From Octopus bimaculoides (Eukaryota), in contig NC_068981.1 of assembly GCF_001194135.2 (NCBI RefSeq), positions 79,407,610 to 79,451,582 of the forward strand: a stretch of 43,973 nucleotides of DNA. The letters are read 5' to 3'. The notes under the pieces are model-generated. The model saw nothing but the letters and a program-made list of their open reading frames with translations, searched no databases and was not told where the DNA came from. Positions 1 to 10,013 of the stretch are shown here, one piece after another (within the stretch, counting starts at the first letter, position 1; the number at the start of each line of letters is the position of its first letter). Position numbers and translations under genes: made by a program.

Positions 1-915
1 CCAAATAAAGATCGTAAAACACATTTCAAAATGGGATGGTCCATATTCTTGGCACACAATATTGCAAGATGAAGTTCTTACTGCTGCTTGAGTAAGAGGA
101 TTAGAATGCAAAACATCTTGTCTGTCTCTAGAAACATATTGCTCATTCATAATTGGGTGGCTTGCAGATAATTGTTTTTGAGTATCTTCATCATCTGATG
201 ACACAGAACCTAAACTGTCCAGCACACAGTCACTTTCACCATCATCTTCAGAGCAATAGAAGGAATCACTACTTCATCTAATTCCAATAACCATTCTTCA
301 TCTAATTCCAATAACCTTTTCAATATTTGGTCTTCACTCAAGTTTTCATGTCTAGGCATATTGGAAAACACAACTGAACTATATGAAACTTAATAGCAGA
401 CTAAAGGCAGATATTGCTCTCTCACATATTTATACTCTCCTGAAAGATGATGCAATATATTATAAGAATTGTGCCATCACATAGAAATATCGCATCACCC
501 TATAACCTAGCAGATTGAAGGTGATGCAATACCACACAAATTTACAGGAATATTTTCATAATTTTTCCTATTTTTTCTAAAATTCTGCAAATAGATTGAA
601 TACTGTTTTATCTATTTTATATCTCATAAATATCTAGGGAAATAATATTTGATAATGCTTTTATTCTGTTTAGAATGACAAGAGTATTGTCTGAATTTAA
701 TTCAAGGGTCCAGCGGACCCATATGGTAATTAAAGTAGAAAGTGAAATTTTGTAGCTTTTACAAAAATACGGAAAATTTCCCATTTGCCAAATAAAAGAG
801 AGTCAAGAAAAAATAAGAGTCAGGAGTAATCAGTTGAATCAAATAATATAAACAGTAGGAAAAAGCAACTGGAAAAACTGAAATTGGTCCGTTGGACCCA
901 TTGGTAGACAGAAGG
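1..915 (-). mobile_element. piggyBac-like transposon, 5' end with frameshifted N-terminal transposase remnant; runs off the left edge
   Basis: The minus strand starts TTAA-CCTTCTG (TTAA at 916-919). ATG at 359 gives MPRHENLSEDQILKRLLELDEE. After a frameshift it reads an acidic SEDDGESD...SSDDED stretch, then YVSRDRQD...SNP...RTSSCNIV..EYGPS, resembling piggyBac transposase N-termini. A 21-nt unit is duplicated at 272-292 and 296-316. Related palindromic motifs lie at ~707-720 (GGGTCCAGCGGACCC) and ~886-899. Confidence 0.55.
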
Positions 916-1071
916 TTAATAAGGTAATAATAAGGCGGCTAGCAAGTTCACACTGTTACAGACACAATATAAGCTAAATTAAGACAGTAGGGTATATAAT
1001 ACCACTTGCTAAAATCAGAACCAAGGCTCAGAAACTCACAATAAAGATACACATGAGCAATGCAATGAACA

Positions 1072-1276
1072 TATGAGAAATAGGCTTACCTTTGTGTTGA
1101 ATACATCAGTAAGTAATGTATATTTCAATACCAGTTGATTTCACCCTCTGTATGAAAATAACACTTTAACATTTTTTTTCTAAAATATTCACTACATTAG
1201 AGGGTGAAATCAATTGGTATTGAAATATACATTACTTAATGATGTATTCAATGCAAAGGTAAGCCTATTTCTCATA
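1072..1276. repeat. Long inverted repeat / MITE-like foldback (78-bp arms, 49-bp spacer)
   Basis: Arms 1072-1149 and 1199-1276 are reverse complements with 4 mismatches, and both outer ends are TA. Confidence 0.85.
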
Positions 1277-1373
1277 AATATAAACAAACTAACATTGTTT
1301 TTTTTTGTATGTATAAGTGCTGAAATGTGTATATATAGATACAAATAAGTTGATAATTTATTTTCAAATGCAG

Positions 1374-1402
1374 AGATGCTGTTAGAACAGCAGAAAGATC
1401 AG
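1374..1402 (+). CDS. 29-nt internal coding microexon of an unidentified plus-strand gene (xDAVRTAERS)
   Basis: ttttcaaatgcag|AGATGCTGTTAGAACAGCAGAAAGATCAG|gtaaat. It joins in frame to 2283-2333, and third codon positions are A/T-rich in the chosen frame. Confidence 0.6.
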
Positions 1403-1562
1403 GTAAATTAATTACCTTTACAAAGTGGAAAAATTTGTCAACAAATGGCTGTTTATTGACAAATTTTTTTCACTTTGTAAGGGTAATTTACCCAATGTTT
1501 CTGCTGCTCTAATGGTTTCTCTGTGTTCGAAAATAAATTATCATCTTATTTGTTTGTGTATG

Positions 1563-1603
<41 letters not shown>

Positions 1604-2090
1604 AATTTAATTTATATAAGGGCATTACTATACAATAGTGCCTCACTCTTAGAGGGATTCCATAAGTCAAAACTACCAAAATAAGCACATTTTTACTGAT
1701 CGCGAGGGAATGCAACTTTCAAAGCTAACCTCCTAAAAACTTTTAACTTAATGGTAAACCAATGGTTTCATAATTAATGCAGTAAACTGCATCTTTTATT
1801 CATCAGTACATGTATGGTCAAGACACATGAAAATAAATAAAAATCAACATACCCTGACGAACACTCCATGTATTCAACACAGTACATAGACGATTGTTCA
1901 TCCTTATATATCCATGAAAGAGGCGGGCTTTTTAAGTTACACTTCGGCACATGTGCTTTTACGGAATAATATTCAGCACTGAATATATTCTAATTATTCA
2001 TAATATAATATTAGGATAAAGACTTTATAAGAATTTATATATATATATTTATATATATGATATTATATGTGTGATATATGTGCATATATT

Positions 2091-2132
<42 letters not shown>

Positions 2133-2140
2133 TGAGTGTG

Positions 2141-2171
<31 letters not shown>

Positions 2172-2282
2172 TTCTAATTTGTGTATAGCTATGTGTAATT
2201 ATTTACTAAGATATTTGATCAAAGTATTTTTATTTAACAGTGAAAATTCTTGATAATTTTCCTCTTTCCAATATTTTTTCAG

Positions 2283-2333
2283 ACGTACTTCTGTCTTGTT
2301 ACAATGGGTGTTCAGTGCCTTCTAAAGCTACCA
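2283..2333 (+). CDS. 51-nt coding exon of the same unidentified gene (DVLLSCYNGCSVPSKAT)
   Basis: Strong polypyrimidine acceptor (cctctttccaatattttttcag) and consensus donor (|gtaagt). Phase 1 to 1, with no stop when joined to 1374-1402. A second frame (MLLEQQKDQ/TYFCLVTMGVQCLLKLP) is also open. Confidence 0.65.
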
Positions 2334-2789
2334 GTAAGTATTGCTGACCTTTTCTTCACAGAAACACACATGTGTCAGTAGTATGATTGGTTTCACTAAA
2401 TCAGTGCATCTACAGTGTAACTAGTATTAAAGAATGAGTGCTTCTGCTTTGAAGTGTAATTGGTATTAATGATTGCGTGTACCTGTGGTATTTCTGGAAT
2501 TGGTCATTGAATTTTTCTTTTACTTTTCTTAGTCAGTTGACTATGGTCATGCTGGGTCATCACCTTGAAGAGTTTTAGTCAAACAAATTGCCCTTCTCCT
2601 CCCCAAGATTTTTGTTTTCCTTTTTAAGCCTACTACTTGCTCCTTATACTATTGCTCTCTTTTGCTGAACCGGTAAGTTACGGGGATGTAAACACACTAA
2701 CACTGGTTGTCAAGCGACGCTGGGAGACAAACAAAGATACAAAGACACACACACACATAGATACATGCATATAATATATATATATATAT

Positions 2790-2951
2790 GGGAGAATGTA
2801 CGAAAAAACAACAACAGACGAGGACAGGTGGTGTAAATAACAAAAGGATGTATTAGTATGACGGTCGGGAATACGGAAAGTCTTTGACGTTTCGAGCTAC
2901 GCTCTTCAACAGAAAGAATACGGAGACAAGGAGAAAAACACGGAGAAAAAA
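2790..2951 (-). mobile_element. Short CpG-rich insert, probably a Penelope-like terminal-repeat derivative carrying a hammerhead
   Basis: About 160 bp with many intact CpGs in a CpG-poor background, flanked by (AT)n on both sides and containing the hammerhead motif at 2881-2917. Confidence 0.6.
2881..2917 (-). ncRNA. Minimal type I hammerhead ribozyme motif with variant core (CUGUUGA)
   Basis: Minus strand: UCUUU [stem I] CUGUUGA A GAGC-GUA-GCUC [stem II] GAAA C GUC | AAAGA [stem I]. Stem III is the palindrome ACGU and the cleavage triplet is GUC. Confidence 0.75.
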
Positions 2952-3599
2952 TATGTATATGACAGGCTTCTTTCAGTTTCCATCTATTAAATCCACTTAC
3001 AAGGCTTTGGTTGGCACAAAGCTATAGTAGAAGACACTTGCCCAAGGTGCTACACAGTGGGACTGAACCTGGAACCATGATTGGGAAGCAAACTTCTTAG
3101 CACACAGCTACACCTGCACCTGACGCCTGCACGATTGTTGTTTAACTCCAGCTCTGCACTAATAAATTGGGCCTTTGATTAAGGCAGTACAATCATGACC
3201 TTCCCTTCTGCTTCCTGTATGCTAGGAACCCAAAACCACATTATACAGTGTGTCTTTTTCTAAAATGGTGAGGTGCAATTTGAGGGACATTTGGCTACTA
3301 TCTCTTGCTGATTGAGTGAAAACAGAAATTAGATGTATATTCAGAATCAGTGGATAGGGTTACATGTTACGGTGTCAATGTTGTTAAATTTCAGCAGTTA
3401 TCACAGCAGTAGTAGTTATTAGTAACTAGATCCATATTATAGCTAAGGCTGCCATGACAAGTTGAGTTAGTACCTTTATGATAAGAGTATAGTAGTGTAT
3501 AAAAATATAGAGAGATAGACAAGAAAAATAAATTTGTACAGTAAATATGTCAGTGAAAGGAAATACATACTCAAACACACATTCATAAATCAGATAGCT

Positions 3600-4265
3600 T
3601 AAATCAGCTGACAGCTGTTCAGGCTATGTCTAACATAAAAGTACTACTTGCTCTAGTGAATATTAATTACCTGATGTTTATTTTGCATTGTTCATTCAAT
3701 CAAGGAATTATTGTTTGAACAGATGTAACAACTTTCAAAATCTATTGTTTGATATATTAAAACCAATTGTTTGTATAAATATGTTATATAATAATATATT
3801 GCAGCATGAATAAACCTAGGAATAAATTTTTAAATTTGAGAGATTCTTTGATATAACTCTGGTATTTCTTGTTCATCAGCTAACTTATTATCTAATATCT
3901 GTTGTGTGTTAGATTTGGCATTCTTCCACCAGTTAGTTCTCTTCTTCTTTGATACCATCCAAGTGTGGTTAATGGGGTACAACCTAAATAATTGGTCATA
4001 GTATCAAGGATAAAAGCGTGTTTGATAAAACATCTATAACTTTTCAATAATAATCACAGTGGATGTTGTTGGTCAATGAAAGATATAATTCCTGATATTT
4101 TTTAGGTGAATGGCTTCTATTCATTTAAAGGTATTTTCACAAATTGTTAAAACATGTTTTATGTCCTGTAGCTTTTTCAAAGCATTGTTTTTATATTAGC
4201 ATGCTAATGGCTACTATATCAGTATGTGAGACTATGTGTTCAAATCTTACTGAAATTGAGTATGT
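3600..4265 (-). mobile_element. Possible decayed Penelope-like 3' end
   Basis: Minus frames give KQCFEKATGHK and KHVLTICENTFK*IEAIHLKNI, weakly like the C-terminus of the GIY-YIG endonuclease. GCCTGAACAGCTGTC lies near 3610-3624. There are many stops. Confidence 0.3.
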
Positions 4266-4284
4266 CAGCTATACCCTAACCACT

Positions 4285-4567
4285 AAAAAATATTGGTTTC
4301 AGATTTTGGCACAAGGTCAGCAATTTCGGGGGTGGTGTGGGGGTAAGTCGATTATATCAACCCCAGTGTTCAACTGGTACTCATTTTATTGACCCTGCCA
4401 TTATGTTCTGAGTTCAAATTCCGCCAAGGTTGACTCTGCCTTTCATCCTTTCGGGGTCAATGAAATAAATACCAGTTATGCACTGGGGTCGATGTAATCG
4501 ACTTAATCCCTTTATCTGTCCTTGTTTGTCCCCTCTATGTTTAGCCCCCTGCGAGCAATAAAGAAAT
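4285..4567. mobile_element. Two SINE family B fragments in opposite orientation (minus ~4285-4396, plus ~4398-4567)
   Basis: Both contain the GGGTCGATAAAATNAGTACCAGTT core seen in 41556-41795. The plus copy has the GAGTTCAAATTCC B-box-like motif and the CAATAAAGAAAT tail. Confidence 0.85.
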
Positions 4568-4679
4568 ATTTATATATATATATACTTGCACACATATACA
4601 TACATACACATATATGATGCAAAGAATTTTTTAAAATATGATGAGAAGGTAATAAAAAAAAAAGCAAAAACAGATGGGC

Positions 4680-5035
4680 ACAGGCTGCTTCTTGGCAGTA
4701 TGGCACTTTGCATGGCACCTTGGGCAAGTGTCTTCTACTAAGGCTTTGTGAGTGGATTTGGTAGACAGAATCTGAAAGAAGCCCATTGTGTATATATATG
4801 TGTGTGTGTGTGTGTTTGTGCCTGTGTTTGTTCCCCATAATCTCTTGACAGTCGATGCTGGTGTGTTTATGTCCTCATAACTTAGTGGTTCAACAAAAGA
4901 GACTGATAGAATAAGCTTTAGGATTACAAAGAATAAGTCCTGGAATCAATTTATTCAACTAACACCTTTTAAGACAGTACCCCTAGCATGTCCACAGTCA
5001 TATGACCGAAACATGTCATAGAAGGAAAGAATAAA
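4680..5035 (+). mobile_element. SINE family A copy with damaged head
   Basis: GGCACCTTGGGCAAGTGTCTTCTACT...GTGAGTGGATTTGGTAG, a (GT)n middle and a GCATGTCCACAGTCATATGACCGAAAC 3' part matching 24316-24750. Confidence 0.8.
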
Positions 5036-5469
5036 CAACAGAGTGTATTAGATTTATGCTTAGGAAAATTAGGAAGAAAAGTCTTTTACAATCTGAGTGT
5101 GCATTCTTCTACAGAAAGAGAATATGAGGAGAAAAAGATGGAGAAAGAAAAGAACAACCGTGTCTCAGTTAGGTGGTCACTGCATGTTGAAATGACTAGA
5201 AGAGAAATAGGTTGCTAGTAGAATGAGTGGCAAGGGTAAAAACTGTAAGAGTTAACAGAGGCATGTGTGTGAGTGTATTCTTGATGGACTTCCATACTAC
5301 TTCTGTCTATCAAATTTCATTCAAGGCATTAATCAACTTGAGGCTATAGTATACACCACTTGCCCAAATTGCTGCAATGTAAGATTAAACCCAAATCCAC
5401 ATGATTGCATTGCAAACTTTCTTACTGTATAGCTTTGTCTGCTGCTGTATTACTGATATGATTTTATAG

Positions 5470-5486
5470 AATCCATAACTCAGTGA
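5470..5486 (+). CDS. Candidate terminal coding exon of the plus-strand gene (KSITQ*)
   Basis: gattttatag|AA TCC ATA ACT CAG TGA is in phase after 2333, and AATAAA lies at 5545-5550. The acceptor is modest and all three frames stop soon, so this is tentative. Confidence 0.25.
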
Positions 5487-5765
5487 GGCAGCTTCTTCAT
5501 TCATTGTCTAGTTTAGCCATGTGAAATATTCTCTGATATGGAAAAATAAAGTATTCAATGTTATATATTAAGATTTCTTGAAGCTCTACCAGTGTAGTCA
5601 TACAGCAGTAGAAGGTTGATTTCAAATTTTTGACACAAAGCCAGCAATTTCGGGGGAGGGGTTAAGTCGATTACTTCAACCTCAGTGTTCAACTGGTACT
5701 CATTTTATCAAACCATGTTTTCAACTAGTACTTATTTTGTTGACCCGGAAAGGATGGAAGGCAAA

Positions 5766-6720
5766 CTCTGAGTATGAAAAAATGTTTCCAGAAGTCATGG
5801 GAGCTGTGCTGTTTTCTGACTTTGTAGGCATACCCATGTGTGTTAGACACATGGAGCTCAAAAAGGTGTTCAAGGTGGTTGTTGGCGTGATGGTTAATAA
5901 TTTTGTGGGTGTTTACTAAGTCAGTTGCCAGACATTGGAGCTTCAATGTATCTCTGCCCAGAGAAGCAAGGTGTTCAGAGTATGGTAGATGTCTGATGGA
6001 GGGTATTCACTTGGTTGCATGTTTCTGAACAGTTTCCAGGAGGTCAATGTTTTGAGCAAGGTATACAGCTTTAAATAGCTGAAGAGCAGCTGACAAATGT
6101 CTTGCTGAGTGATGCCAAGACACCCTCGGCCTTCTTGACAATTTTAGAGATGTGCTTTGTCCAGCAAAAATCGCTGCTGACAGTAATGTCCAGATCACAT
6201 TCACCAGAAGACTTCTTGATATCAGTGTTGTAGAGAGAGTATGTGAACACTGGGATTTTCCTCCCAAAATGCATGGTGGTACACTTGTCCACAGCCAGCT
6301 TAAGTTGCCAGTCGGTGATCTATTGTTGCATTGTGTCCAGGTCCGATTGCAGGAAAGATCTATAGTGTTCAGGATCTGTCCTTTTTATCTCAAGGTACAG
6401 CTTGATGTTATCTGCATATTTCAGCACTGTGGCATTCTTTAAGTTGGCATCTATGTCATTAATGTATGCAACAAACAAAAGGGGACCAAGAGCAGATCCC
6501 TGCAGTACACCAGATGACATCTCGTAGAGTGAAGAATGCTGTCCTAGAACTGTGACTACCACTTTTCAGCTGAGAATGAAGGACTCCAACCAGTTAAAAA
6601 GATCATCTTTCACACCCGTTGCAGAGAGTTTTGCCAGAAGTCTTTTGTGTGAGGCAAAATTAAAAGCTTTAGCAAAGTCGAGTTAAACAACATCCACCCA
6701 TGTTAATGCCTTGACCATTA
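5766..6720 (-). mobile_element. CR1-group LINE, 3' reverse-transcriptase fragment (frameshifted)
   Basis: ORF pieces SGVLQGSALGPLLFVAYIND...KYADNIKLY, KCTTMHFGRK...DLDITVSSDFCWTKHISKIVKKA and HKIINH...SNTHGYAYKV..QHSSHDFWKHFF follow the CR1 RT and C-terminal pattern. Confidence 0.85.
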
Positions 6721-8020
6721 CCAATAGCATTATTATAATATATGATATTTAAATTAATAACAACTTATATATTGTAATTATTTTTCTTTCAATACCTTCT
6801 ATTTGTAGAACTTTTGTATTATTTGTTTTACATTTTATTTATGTATTTATTGATATATTTATTTTATTTTCAGTTTTCAAATTCCCTTGGTATCAAATAT
6901 GAATTGGATAATAAAACAAATTCAGAAATTTCAATAGATAATTTATCTAGCTCTTACAGAAGTGTAAATGATAATTAATAACAATTATATTTTTATATAT
7001 ATTTTTTAAAAAATAATAGAAAATATTTTTTAAACTTTCATTTTATGGAAAACGACAAAAACATCTTACTCTGTCTTTTTCAAACGTTCATCTTCCACAT
7101 GGAAAACACGGTATAAAACATTTTTGCTCTGTCATGGTTCGTTGCATATTTTCAAGCCATTGGCATTTCATGTCTATCATAAAAACCATGTAAGAAAGTT
7201 GTTGTATTTTGGGACGGTCCATTTTTTTTTTTTTTACAAATAAACACACACACTATATATTCACTCTTCACTTGTTTATTACTGTTCTTATTACTGTTCC
7301 ATTGTTCAGGAATCTTTCGTCACACATCTGTGATCTCTTCAGCAACATTTTGTGTCCTTGTGTGAGCTCCTGCTCAGTTAAGTCCATTCTATTCTTTTAT
7401 GATGTATATCCTTATATGAGCATGCATTTGCATCTGTATTTGTGTGTGTGCATGTGTGTACATGTATCTATGTGTTTTGCAAGAACGAATATACAGCGTA
7501 TTTGTTTATTTGAAAAAAAAAGAAATTACCATCCTGAAATACAATTTGTTTCAACATACAGTTTTACATCAGGAATTTTGCAACACAAATTCATAAACGT
7601 AATGCAAGAATGCTGAATTTGTAAGTGTACAAAGTGAAATATCAAAGAAAATTATTCTAAACAAACTCTCATAGATGCGGGCATAGCTGCAAGGTAAGAA
7701 GTTTGCTTCCCAACCACACTGTCCCAGGTTAAATCCCGCTGCATGGCACTTTGAGTAAGTGTCTTTTAATACAGCTTCAGGCTGTAAGTGAATCAGATAG
7801 GTGGTAAGTGAAAGATGTGTGTGTGTGTGTCACTGTCTCTTTGCCTTCACATATGATAGTTAATGATTAAATGTCCACTGCCATGTAAGCAATGTTCTTC
7901 ATTTCCAGTCTCTGAAAGTTGGCAATGGGGAAGGCACCTGCCTCAACAAATTCCATCTAACCCATGCAAGCATGGGAGAATGGATGTTAAATGATGATGA
8001 TGATGAAAATGTAAATATAG

Positions 8021-8274
8021 GTGCAAGCATGGCTGTGTGGTAAGAAGCTTGCTTCCCAACCACATGGTTCCGGATTCAGTCCCACTGTGTGGTACCTTGG
8101 GCAAGTGTCTTCTACTATAGCCTCAGGCTGACCAAAGCCTTGTGAGTGGATTTGATAGAATAAGTACTAGGCCTACAAAGAATAAGTCCTGGGGTCGATT
8201 TCTTTGACTAAAACCCCCTGAGGTGGTGCTCCAGCATGGCCACAGTCAAATGACTGAGACAAGTAAAAGAGTAA
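8021..8274 (+). mobile_element. SINE family A copy lacking the internal microsatellite segment
   Basis: Intact head TGGCTGTGTGGTAAG...GATTCAGTCCC. The body jumps from GTGGATTTGATAGAA straight to TAAGTACTAGGC. Confidence 0.9.
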
Positions 8275-9161
8275 GATATCTGGCAAAATGTGATTACATA
8301 ATGAAAATAGTAGTGATTATTGGTTTAATACATTCTATCAATAATGCACTTGTTGGCCAGATAACCAGCACTTTATTGATTTTCTTACTTATTGGTGCAT
8401 TGCTTTGCTTGATGTTTACTAGAACATGTGAATTTATGTAAAGAGATTATAAGATTCCTCTCTTATTTATTTAAGCTATTGGACTGCAGCCATTGCTGGT
8501 CACCACCTTAAATGGTTTAATTGAACGAATCAATCCCATTACCTAACTTTTTTAAAAATCTGGTACTTATTTTGTTGAACCTTTTTGTCAAACTGCTAAG
8601 TTATGGAGGATGTACATGAATGAACACCAGTTGTCATGTAGTGGGGCACAAACACACAAAGTCTCACACACACACACACACACACACATGACATGCTTCT
8701 GCATAGTGAGGCTGAACCAGAAACCCCATGGTTCCAATGCAAACTTCTTAATCACAAGTCTTGTCAGTTTAAAGAATGCTTTATGGTTATGTTAAAAACT
8801 GAACCAGGACTGAATCCTAAATACTAACATAAACCTTATTAATATATCTGATATATCTAGATATATTAATATATCTAAAATGATAAATATATTAAGGTAC
8901 TGTAGTCAAATTTCATTACAGCTATTGTATTGTGCTTATATATATATAAAAGACACTGATGGGTTGAGGTTCACTACAGCTGTTTCAGGCATGTTCTTTA
9001 TTGATGAACAAAACAATTACATCATGTAGAAAAAAAAAGGTTTCTTCAGGTAAGTTAAAATTTAACATTTAAGATTTTTCTCACAAATAGTATATAGTGT
9101 GTATTGTCCTTCTCATCTCAGTTACAGCTGAGTGACATTGAGTCCATTAGATTCTGAACAT

Positions 9162-9232
<71 letters not shown>

Positions 9233-9366
9233 GGCACATCTGTTATAAAGTGATACCACTTTATATCAGAGTTGCTCATATTAAAACTAGTAAAACAGTA
9301 ATTACTCTAACATTTAACTGACAAAATGTATAAAAACCATCCCACTTACAGTTAAAAATATGTGTA

Positions 9367-10013
9367 TGTGGTCTGATCAATAAGTATCCAGACTGTTGCC
9401 ATAGTAATGAAGCTAAAGCATGCAGAGTAAAGCTGCTTGGCACAGATTAACTTAGAACTCTGTTGTATGTGCACACTAAGTTTCAACACTCTAGCTCACT
9501 TCCACTGTTTACTGCAGTGCTTAGAAGGAACATGTATAGCACGTGATCATTTCATTGATCATGACAGAGAAAGTTGAGCAGAGAATCTGCATCAAATTTT
9601 GCCAAAAGTTTGGCGATACTTGCTCAGAGGTTTTCAAAAACTTTTCATCATTCTCAACACAATCAAGGAAATCTTGTGCAACTGAAAACCATGTGTCATT
9701 TTGGTCAGCTGAAAGTAGTTTTGGCACAAACTTAGCAGACACGCGTCTCATACCCAAATCTTCAGTGATAATGGACATCTGAACTGTAACTAATCTGCAC
9801 ATTTTCTGCTAACTTACAGATGGTGACTTGACAATTTCCCCTCACAGCTGCACACACGTCTGCGATGTTTTTCTCAGTTCTGCTGGTTGTGGGTCTCCCA
9901 GAACGTTCGTCATTATTGACATTTTTTCAACCATCTTTGAAATGTCTGAACCACTCATACACTCCTCTCCATACACTTTCTGCAATTTTGCATAGGCTTC
10001 TGAGCTGGTATCA
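9367..10013. mobile_element. Rearranged mariner transposon: 5' end on plus (9367-9629), continuation on minus (10013-9630)
   Basis: TA followed by the TGTGGTCTGATCAATAAGTATCC terminus. The plus strand gives MTEKVEQRICIKFCQKFGDTCSE. The minus strand gives DTSSEAYAKLQKVYGEECMS...EDLGMRRVSAKFVPKLLSADQ...VENDEKFLKT. The catalytic domain is absent. Confidence 0.85.

Larger units (their letters stand above)
2512..3120 (-). mobile_element. tRNA-type SINE family A copy carrying an insertion in its internal microsatellite
   Basis: Reverse complement of the 24316-24750 copy (A/B-box head, GGGCAAGTGTCTTCTACTATAGC body, (AT/GT)n middle, AAAAG tail). It is interrupted at ~2790-2951. Confidence 0.85.

Noticed and set aside
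1374-2333. Plus-strand gene as VTI1B, the tail-to-tail neighbour of human ARG2
   Set aside because: Neither open frame resembles the VTI1B C-terminal SNARE and transmembrane region beyond a chance EQQKDQ likeness.
5115-5172. Exon-like KREYEEKKMEKEKNNRVSV that fits the phases between 2333 and 5470
   Set aside because: The donor GTGGTC is weak and the region looks like the antisense of an old LINE 3' end. Kept only as an alternative model.
8989-9049. Plus-strand exon-like segment ending CAG|GTAAGT
   Set aside because: The phase-1 frame stops inside it, and the donor coincides with the antisense of a hammerhead-like CUGAAGA and stem I in a repeat relic.
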